From Patescibacteria group bacterium (GTDB lineage: Bacteria > Patescibacteriota > Patescibacteriia > Patescibacteriales > JBAZCA01): 64,000 bases of DNA. Shown here piece after piece: positions 8,481 to 14,736 of the stretch; the first letter of the stretch is position 1, and each line of letters opens with the position of its first letter. Position numbers and translations under genes: made by a program. A model generated the notes under the pieces. That model did not search any database. It saw only the letters and a list, made by a program, of their open reading frames with translations, and was not told where the DNA came from. The stretch covers positions 177,576 to 241,575 of the forward strand of contig JBAZUF010000001.1 in the NCBI GenBank assembly GCA_041661505.1, in the 5' to 3' direction.

Positions 8481-8519
8481 TGTGGATAACCCCGAATCTT
8501 CATTAAGAACTGTGGATAA
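8481..8519. promoter_or_regulatory. Two perfect DnaA boxes (TGTGGATAA = reverse complement of TTATCCACA) 30 bp apart
   Basis: Exact 9-mers at 8481-8489 and 8511-8519, in the same orientation, next to an AT-rich tract upstream of the nrd promoter. Confidence 0.6.
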
Positions 8520-8522
8520 ACA

Positions 8523-9230
8523 TTAAAACTTCATATACTTCTCCCAGCGCTCGTATAAAGCTTTAGTGGCGACTAAATCCCCGACATTATACCGGGCAAT
8601 GTCTAGGAAACGGCCTTCGCGAAAGAGCCCGGCTACGTCATCCCCGGAAACTCCGTACGCTTTCGGGCTTTTTATCCCAAAGGCGCGGCAATAGAGATGC
8701 AGGCTTTTATTACGGGTGGCGCCGTAAAAAGACAACTGATCCATTAAATCAATATGTTTAGCATTATTATATTTCTGGCTCCCTAAATAACGGTTAAACA
8801 TTAAATCCTGGCTTGGCCGCAGTCCATGGATGGCCGAACGGATCATTAGATACGGCGCATCAAAACCGCGCCCGTTAAAACTGATAAACTCATCGTATTT
8901 TTCCGCGACTTCCCAAAAAGTCTTCAGCATTCCCTTTTCATCCATTGGCCGGAATTTGATACCGTCTTCTTCCGAATCTTTTTCTTTTGTTCCCGGCGCC
9001 TGGTAATAGACCGCGCCCTTGTTTTTGTCGCCGTCCAAAACCCCGATAGCAACAATCTCGCCGGTTAAAGGTGAAAGGCCGAGGGTTTTTTTTATCTCGC
9101 GAACCGCGGCGTCATGCTCATCTTCCCCTTCTTCGCCTTTTATCCATTTAGTCATAACATTCTGCGTCGTTTCGTCCAGCTCGTCATAATTTTCCCCGAT
9201 AGTTTCGATGTCAAAGATTAGTTTAGGCAT
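8523..9230 (-). CDS. RNase H-fold 3'-5' exonuclease related to the PolB exonuclease domain
   Basis: MPKLIFDIETIG (ExoI DxE), ISFNGRGFDAPYL (ExoII) and HIDLMD. ATG at 9230. Confidence 0.7.
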   Translation of the reverse strand: MPKLIFDIETIGENYDELDETTQNVMTKWIKGEEGEDEHDAAVREIKKTLGLSPLTGEIVAIGVLDGDKNKGAVYYQAPGTKEKDSEEDGIKFRPMDEKGMLKTFWEVAEKYDEFISFNGRGFDAPYLMIRSAIHGLRPSQDLMFNRYLGSQKYNNAKHIDLMDQLSFYGATRNKSLHLYCRAFGIKSPKAYGVSGDDVAGLFREGRFLDIARYNVGDLVATKALYERWEKYMKF

Positions 9231-9287
9231 AGAAATTGATTTAATAATATTTAAACACCCGCCTGATGCCATTGTATGAATAATACC

Positions 9288-10514
9288 TTATTCTGACAAA
9301 TTTTTAAATTCCAAATCTTTTAGGAGAACTTCCGGGTCAACCCGCAAGGCCTCTTTGTTTATTCCCATAAGCCGCATGCCTGCCAAAGTCCTTACCCTTG
9401 AGAGCGCGACGTAGCCCATGCCGTATTCAAATGATCGCGACAAATCAATTTCCGCCGCGTCCAGGCTCATGCCCTGACTTTTATGGACCGTAATGGCCCA
9501 AGCGAGGCGCAAGGGGATCTGTGAGATTGCGGCTAAAACCGTCTCGTCTTCCTCAATTTCCCAGCTGGATGAAACGGCGACAATTTCCTTATCCGATCTG
9601 GTTTTGACAATCGGATAATTATCCTCGTTAAAACCGATTATAACGCCCAATGTTCCGTTCACGTAACCGGCGTCAAAATTATTTTTTACGAACATTACCA
9701 TGGCCCCGGTTTTTAATTTCAGTTCTTCGGGCGCCAGACAGGCTTTCTTTAAAAAATTTATAAGCTCCCGCGGGCCGCGTTCGGTCATTTTATAGGCCAG
9801 CTCTTCTCCGGCAACGCGCGAGAGTTCATAGCTGTTTATCGCGTCTACATCGGCGTTATGGGTATAAAGCTTTGTGGGTTTCGCCAGGCCGTTTATCGGC
9901 TTATAAAGCCGCTTTTTTAACATACTCATTTCATCCGCTCCGGCCTCGTTATTCCTGATCCGGTTAAGAATTCCAGTGAACGCCGAATCATCCTGCCTAA
10001 ACTGCTCGTCAAGATAGCAGACTCTTGCCTTAGCCTCTTTCCAGGCCGAGGATTCATAAGCGAACTTCGCGTCTTTATCAACCGGCGGAAGCTGAAAAAA
10101 ATCGCCGCTCATGACAATCTGGATTCCGCCGAACGGTAAAAACGGATTTTTAACCGCTTTGCATATCTCGTCCGCAAGATTAAGCCGGTCGGCGTCCAGC
10201 ATGGATATTTCATCAATAATCAGGACTTGCGCCTCTTCAATCCTTTGCCTGGTCTTTTTATTCCTAAGGATTTTACTTATTTTTTTCTGGCTTAACTTTT
10301 TCTCAATGCCGATTCCCGCCCAGGAATGGATGGTCCGGCCGCCGATATGGGTGGCGGCGATGCCGGTTGAAGCGGTAATCCCGGCCTTAGTTTTTTCATC
10401 TTTCAGCCAGCCGATGAATTTATTTATCAAAAAAGTCTTCCCCGTTCCGGCCGATCCGGTCAAAAAGACATTTTCTCCCGATTTTAATATTTTAAGGGCT
10501 TGGGATTGGGTCAT
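9288..10514 (-). CDS. Pif1/RecD-like superfamily-1 helicase
   Basis: Walker A LTGSAGTGKTF, Walker B LIIDEISML, the sequence GDFFQLPPV, and C-terminal ITVHKSQGMSLD...YVALSRVR. The ATG at 10514 is used because the track start at 10535 is a TTG. Confidence 0.85.
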   Translation of the reverse strand: MTQSQALKILKSGENVFLTGSAGTGKTFLINKFIGWLKDEKTKAGITASTGIAATHIGGRTIHSWAGIGIEKKLSQKKISKILRNKKTRQRIEEAQVLIIDEISMLDADRLNLADEICKAVKNPFLPFGGIQIVMSGDFFQLPPVDKDAKFAYESSAWKEAKARVCYLDEQFRQDDSAFTGILNRIRNNEAGADEMSMLKKRLYKPINGLAKPTKLYTHNADVDAINSYELSRVAGEELAYKMTERGPRELINFLKKACLAPEELKLKTGAMVMFVKNNFDAGYVNGTLGVIIGFNEDNYPIVKTRSDKEIVAVSSSWEIEEDETVLAAISQIPLRLAWAITVHKSQGMSLDAAEIDLSRSFEYGMGYVALSRVRTLAGMRLMGINKEALRVDPEVLLKDLEFKNLSE

Positions 10515-10560
10515 TGGTAGTGAATTACTTCTCAATAATACTATAGCCTACAAAACAAGA

Positions 10561-10590
10561 ATAAAAAAGAGGCGTATTTCCCCGCCTCTT
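10561..10590 (-). terminator. Intrinsic terminator closing the LexA-like/MazF/TcmP/three-Cys operon
   Basis: An 8-bp stem aagaggcg/cgcctctt with an 8-nt loop, followed on the minus strand by TTTTTTAT. Confidence 0.7.
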
Positions 10591-10609
10591 TCACAATCCT
10601 GTTTAAATT

Positions 10610-11464
10610 CTAAACCGCGTAACTAAATAACCGATTTGACGCGCTTCTAAATATCTCCTCGGTCTTTTTATCGTCAACTTTCTTAGTTCCGTATTTTATA
10701 TGGTAGTCAATGTTATTCTTCATGCAAAAATTAATCACAATACCCGCTTGCTCCTCGTAAAAATTCTTATTACTTCCGAAATCCGAAACTTTTACGTTAT
10801 AATTCAGCTTGCCAAAAATTATTTTATCAACGAATTTTATTTCCTTCAATATCGTCGTTAAATCCTGCTTTACAAGATTGGGTGTTGGATAAGGCTCCAT
10901 GCTCACCCAGGTTTTAAGGCCATTGTCGTGTAAATATTTCAAGGATTTTATCCGCTCGTTATACGGCGCCGCCCCCGGTTCAAATCTTTTCTTAAAATTA
11001 TCGTCCAGCGAAACCAAAGTTATCGCGTATTCATTGTTTTTTCCGTAAATATCCGAATCAACTAAGTCTTTCGGGTAAATCCCTTTAGTAAGCACGGTGC
11101 ATTTAATATTGTCTTGATTAAACCTTTTAATGATTTTTAGGGTTAACTCACCGATTTCATTTTGGCCGTACATAAACGGGTCGGTGGTAAAACATAAATG
11201 TACGAATTTAATCTTGTCTTTCAGCCTGGGAATTTCTTCATCCAGAAGTTCCAGCGCGTTTTCCACGATTTTCGGCTTAATCCAGTCGTCATAATCTTTT
11301 ATCACCCCGCATCTTTTTTTCATATTCATGGCGTAGCAGGGAAAGCGGCAGCCATGCGAACACCCTTCTGCGTGGTTAACGCAATAATCAGCGTACTCAA
11401 CGCCGCTTTTATAGAGAAGTGATTTTCGTTGAATTTTTTTAAGCATGAGGATGTCAGTTTTCAT
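10610..11464 (-). CDS. Radical-SAM-like three-Cys protein with non-canonical CX3CX3C spacing (DNA-repair-photolyase/SplB-like or Gp37/Gp68-like; family uncertain)
   Basis: Contains VNHAEGCSHGCRFPCYAM near the N-terminus and has the length and pattern of a TIM-barrel-like protein. It lies 11 nt downstream of the TcmP-like gene. ATG at 11464. Confidence 0.55.
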   Translation of the reverse strand: MKTDILMLKKIQRKSLLYKSGVEYADYCVNHAEGCSHGCRFPCYAMNMKKRCGVIKDYDDWIKPKIVENALELLDEEIPRLKDKIKFVHLCFTTDPFMYGQNEIGELTLKIIKRFNQDNIKCTVLTKGIYPKDLVDSDIYGKNNEYAITLVSLDDNFKKRFEPGAAPYNERIKSLKYLHDNGLKTWVSMEPYPTPNLVKQDLTTILKEIKFVDKIIFGKLNYNVKVSDFGSNKNFYEEQAGIVINFCMKNNIDYHIKYGTKKVDDKKTEEIFRSASNRLFSYAV

Positions 11465-11475
11465 TATACCATGTT

Positions 11476-12597
11476 TTATAAAAACTCTATAACACAGCAT
11501 TCGTTAGGAAATGTGCCTAATCGAGGCTTGCAAGTACCATTTTTAAGACACACATCGCACCTTCTTCTCAATTCCGGCTCTGTCGCTTTTTCCATTTTTG
11601 CCAGAATATTACTTTTATAATGAGTTTCCCTAAAAGGTGTTTTTGTTATTATAAAATATTCTAGATCGCTAATTTTTACTAACTTATTTTTAAAATTATT
11701 TATTAATATTTTTTTAAGTAAATAAAAATTCGGCTTATTCGAGAATAGGATTGCTTGCGAAGGATTGTAAGTGGCGTCAGAAAATTCAAAAGCTCCAGTT
11801 TCGTCAATCTTCCACATAGCTTCTTTTATCTTTTTCAAACCAAGGATATTATTAGTGCCAAAAAATAGGAAATAGTCGTCTTTATTCATTTTATTTTTCA
11901 TTTTAAATGAACGTACAAATTTTACACCAGCTTCATTTTTAAGCTGATCGCGATAAATGTTATGAAGCATCTCCGATCTTTGTTTCGAATCTTTCTCGGA
12001 AATAACCGCTTTCCAAGTGTCCGTCCCAAAAGTTTCTTCTAATGAAGGCCATAATTTCTCCAATCCAATAAACCTGTTAATTTCCTCATACATAAAAGTA
12101 ATCATCACCTCGCATTTTTGATTTTCCATAATCCTTTTTATCAAGTCTAATGGTATGCCGGTAAATCCAAAAGGATCTATAAAAACCAAGGCTGGAGCAA
12201 TTTTTTTCTTCTGCTCTTCAAGTAAATTTAATACTTCGGATAAAGTTTTATCAAACTCACCATGCTTAACGGTTATATTTATATTTTTCGGCTTATCCAG
12301 GGATGCAACCATTTTTTCTAAATGCTCACAGCGCTTGGCGTCTTTTTCTATAAAAAATAAAATCATCTCCGATGAAATTGGAAATTTATGTTTTATTATA
12401 GCTTCAAAAGCAATCATTGGCGATCCCGGCTTTCCTCCAATATATTCGCCTGGTCCGGCAAATCCATCAATAAATAAAACCCGGCCATTCCATCTTGTTA
12501 TTATCGGAAGCCATGCGTTTAAATATTTTTGCAATATTTTATGCTTGGCTTCCGTATGAGGTTCCAATTTCCAAATAGTAGGGGCTATTTTTGACAT
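11476..12597 (-). CDS. TcmP-like (three-Cys-motif partner) protein with methyltransferase-like Rossmann motifs
   Basis: The N-terminus is WKLEPHTEAKHKILQKYLNAWLPI. FIDGFAGPGEY resembles SAM-MTase motif I, and VFIDPFGFTG resembles motif IV (DPPY-like). The gene is visibly more AT-rich than the flanking core genes. Confidence 0.5.
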   Translation of the reverse strand: MSKIAPTIWKLEPHTEAKHKILQKYLNAWLPIITRWNGRVLFIDGFAGPGEYIGGKPGSPMIAFEAIIKHKFPISSEMILFFIEKDAKRCEHLEKMVASLDKPKNINITVKHGEFDKTLSEVLNLLEEQKKKIAPALVFIDPFGFTGIPLDLIKRIMENQKCEVMITFMYEEINRFIGLEKLWPSLEETFGTDTWKAVISEKDSKQRSEMLHNIYRDQLKNEAGVKFVRSFKMKNKMNKDDYFLFFGTNNILGLKKIKEAMWKIDETGAFEFSDATYNPSQAILFSNKPNFYLLKKILINNFKNKLVKISDLEYFIITKTPFRETHYKSNILAKMEKATEPELRRRCDVCLKNGTCKPRLGTFPNECCVIEFL

Positions 12598-12623
12598 ATA
12601 ATTTTATTAATCCTTTTTGATTA

Positions 12624-12980
12624 TTATAAATTTTGAACTTGATCACCCCAGAAATGCTTCTTTAAATAACTTTCAACTTGCTTGATAATTTTTTCATCAG
12701 CTTTTCCTATTTTATGGATAAATCTTGATTTATCATAACTAATTATATGATGCGCTTTAATGATCGAATCTTCGCGCAATCTATTGCTTAAGTCTTTTTT
12801 AATATTGATGTCGTCCCAATGGTAGCGGCCGGAAGAGGATAATGGCATAATTGTTACCACGCTCGCAGAGTTAATAATGTCATTCGCCATTATAATAAGC
12901 GCGGGGCGGTCATTAAAATATTCATGTCCGACGCTTTTTTCCTCAACCAATTTAATGAGCCATATTTCCCCCTTCTTCAT
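12624..12980 (-). CDS. MazF/PemK-family endoribonuclease toxin
   Basis: MKKGEIWLIKL...VGHEYFNDRPALIIMAND...VVTIMPLSS...IISYDKSRFIHKIGK follows the PemK pattern (GDIW..., GHE, RPxlivs, vxvxPlTs, ID+xRl). Confidence 0.8.
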   Translation of the reverse strand: MKKGEIWLIKLVEEKSVGHEYFNDRPALIIMANDIINSASVVTIMPLSSSGRYHWDDINIKKDLSNRLREDSIIKAHHIISYDKSRFIHKIGKADEKIIKQVESYLKKHFWGDQVQNL

Positions 12981-12986
12981 ATTTGA

Positions 12987-13733
12987 TTACTTTAAATTTC
13001 TATAATAATCAGCTTCTGCTTCCGATATCGGCCCTAAAGCCTTAAGGGCGTCGTTACCGGCGGCATCCTGCATGACGGAAAACTCTTTGGAAAAAAACGA
13101 ACTCTTAATTACGTTTTTCACTAAGCCGTTAATCATGTAATCGTCGTCGGCATGGATATATATCGGCTTAAAGGCTTCCGTTGATTCGGAAACGAGCGCG
13201 ATCTGTTTTTCCTTTTTATCCAAAAAAAACTTTTTTATATTCGCGCACCCTTCAATCACCGACAACACATAATCTCCGTTGCGCGGATTTTTATTGGCCG
13301 GGTCAACTAATACATAATCGCCGTCCTCTATTGTCTGCGCGCCGTTAACCTTAGCGCGGTTCATTGAGTGGCCTTTGGCGCGCACGGCGAAAACATTTTT
13401 TATTTTGCCAACTAAGCGCCGCGACACTCTTAAATAGCCTTCTAAATTTTCCTCGGCAAAAAATTTTGCTTCTCCGCAATCAGCCGCGCCGTAAATCGGC
13501 ACTACCACAATTTCATTATTGCTTTGCTTTGTTTTTAAACCAACCAATCTCACTTCTCCGGTCTTTTTGTCCGTCTCAATAAACCCCTTCTTTTCCAACT
13601 GACTTAAATGATGGCTTATCTTTTGCGGATGACTTTCTTCAACGAGTAAACCAATGTCCCTCAAGCTCATTTTTTTCAGATTGATCTTGGGAACAATTTT
13701 TAATAATTTTTCCTGTATAGGATGTATGCGCAT
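12987..13733 (-). CDS. LexA-type repressor: N-terminal winged HTH plus S24 autopeptidase domain, with a 45-aa C-terminal tail
   Basis: SLRDIGLLV...ISHHLSQLEKKGFI (wHTH). VPIYGAADCGEA is a LexA cleavage-region analogue. AKGHSM carries the Ser nucleophile and CANIKKF the Lys. Confidence 0.75.
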   Translation of the reverse strand: MRIHPIQEKLLKIVPKINLKKMSLRDIGLLVEESHPQKISHHLSQLEKKGFIETDKKTGEVRLVGLKTKQSNNEIVVVPIYGAADCGEAKFFAEENLEGYLRVSRRLVGKIKNVFAVRAKGHSMNRAKVNGAQTIEDGDYVLVDPANKNPRNGDYVLSVIEGCANIKKFFLDKKEKQIALVSESTEAFKPIYIHADDDYMINGLVKNVIKSSFFSKEFSVMQDAAGNDALKALGPISEAEADYYRNLK

Positions 13734-13753
13734 AGAATTTATGTTTTATATAC

Positions 13754-13762
13754 TTATCCACA
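13754..13762. promoter_or_regulatory. Perfect DnaA box TTATCCACA abutting the -10 of the LexA-like promoter
   Basis: Exact 9-mer match. Confidence 0.4.
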
Positions 13763-13790
13763 GTTTATGCCAAGATTATTATTTTGTCAA
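13762..13790 (-). promoter_or_regulatory. Candidate promoter for the LexA-like operon
   Basis: The minus strand reads TTGACA (13790-13785), a 17-nt spacer, then TAAACT (13767-13762). A second in-phase candidate is TTGACA (13801-13796), N17, TAATCT. Confidence 0.45.
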
Positions 13791-13812
13791 GTTTTTGTCA
13801 AGATTTTATAAT
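13784..13812 (+). promoter_or_regulatory. Candidate promoter for the plus-strand small gene
   Basis: TTGTCA (13784-13789), a 17-nt spacer, then TATAAT (13807-13812). Confidence 0.5.
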
Positions 13813-13832
13813 ATACAGTCAAGCCTCTTGAC
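13784..13832. promoter_or_regulatory. Operator-like array: direct repeats TTGTCAAG x2 (11-bp period) plus palindrome GTCAAG-cct-CTTGAC
   Basis: TTGTCAAG at 13784-13791 and 13795-13802; GTCAAGCCTCTTGAC at 13818-13832. GTCAAG starts fall at 13786, 13797 and 13818, i.e. 11-bp and 21-bp phasing. The array overlaps both divergent promoters. Confidence 0.55.
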
Positions 13833-13940
13833 AAGAGTATAAATGATGCCGTAAGCTCAAAGGTGAAGTACTTTTCTCGCTACCCGGGAGCGAGTTAATT
13901 AACCTGCCGGAGCCCGGGACAATGGCTAAAATATACGAAA

Positions 13941-14213
13941 ATGAATACTATTTTAATTTCGTATGATTTACGCGCGCCAGGAAAAGATTATTCCTCTCTT
14001 TGGAACTATCTTGAATCCTTCAAAAACTGGGCGAAGCCGCTTGAATCAGTTTGGCTGATAAGAACGACTTATAATGCTGAGCGATTCCGAAATGACGCGC
14101 TTAATCATATTGATTGGAATGATAAAATTTTTGTAGTGGATGTTACCAGCAGACCCTCAGCTTGGAAAAATCTTACGGCTGAAGTGGTGGGGTGGATAGG
14201 AATGACATTATGA
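13941..14213 (+). CDS. Hypothetical 90-aa protein (only plus-strand gene in the window)
   Basis: ATG ORF MNTILISYDLRAPGKDYSSLWNYLESFKNWAKPLESVWLIRT.... It has its own promoter, a 120-nt leader with the hairpin ctcgct-acccggg-agcgag, and a convergent terminator. Confidence 0.55.
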   Translation: MNTILISYDLRAPGKDYSSLWNYLESFKNWAKPLESVWLIRTTYNAERFRNDALNHIDWNDKIFVVDVTSRPSAWKNLTAEVVGWIGMTL

Positions 14214-14333
14214 GGCCGATGATTGGTTTGGTACTAATCAAGCAACTCACCTCAAAAAAATATTAAAATTATACGATTGAAGATTTTAAGAGAGTTAAAA
14301 GACCGCCCCCGCTACATCTCCTAATTTCACCTT

Positions 14334-14360
14334 AAAGCCCGCCAATAAAAGGCGGGCTTT
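14334..14360. terminator. Bidirectional hairpin terminator between convergent genes
   Basis: aaagcccgcc-aataaaa-ggcgggcttt, a perfect 10-bp stem with A/T runs on both sides. Confidence 0.6.
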
Positions 14361-14381
14361 AAAATTTATCTATTTTAAAAA

Positions 14382-14732
14382 CTATCCCAAAATTTTTTCA
14401 AGAAAAATTGCAATAATGGTTGTAATTAGAGCCGTTATTACTGAAATAATTATAGTCCGAATATCGCCTTTAATTCCTGACCAAATCTTAACATGCCATG
14501 GTGAGAACGCTAAAAGGCCTTTTTCGGTGGCGCGATAAAAATTTACTACATGCGTCGAACCTAATTTAACTCCTCCTATATCCTGTGGTACTTCTTCTAT
14601 ATATCCTCTCGCCACTAAATTTTCTACTGATTTTCTATCCCTTTGCGCAATTCCATTAATTAAATCGGCGGGTGACAAAAGACCACCCCTATTCACTACT
14701 GTTCTTAATATTATTTTTTCACTTTCGGTCAT
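14382..14732 (-). CDS. Membrane-anchored winged-HTH protein (MarR/PadR-like N-terminus plus C-terminal TM helix)
   Basis: SEKIILRTVVNRGGLLSPADLINGIAQRDRKSVENLVARGYIEEV, then IRTIIISVITALITTIIAIFL. It starts 4 nt after the R-M gene stop. Confidence 0.45.
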   Translation of the reverse strand: MTESEKIILRTVVNRGGLLSPADLINGIAQRDRKSVENLVARGYIEEVPQDIGGVKLGSTHVVNFYRATEKGLLAFSPWHVKIWSGIKGDIRTIIISVITALITTIIAIFLEKILG

Positions 14733-14736
14733 AATT

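Noticed and set aside
8340-8520. Possible chromosomal replication origin (two perfect DnaA boxes next to an AT-rich tract)
   Set aside because: There are only two boxes and no dnaA or dnaN nearby. Genes on both sides run in the same direction for tens of kb, so there is no strand switch as expected at oriC. A regulatory role at the nrd promoter region is more parsimonious.
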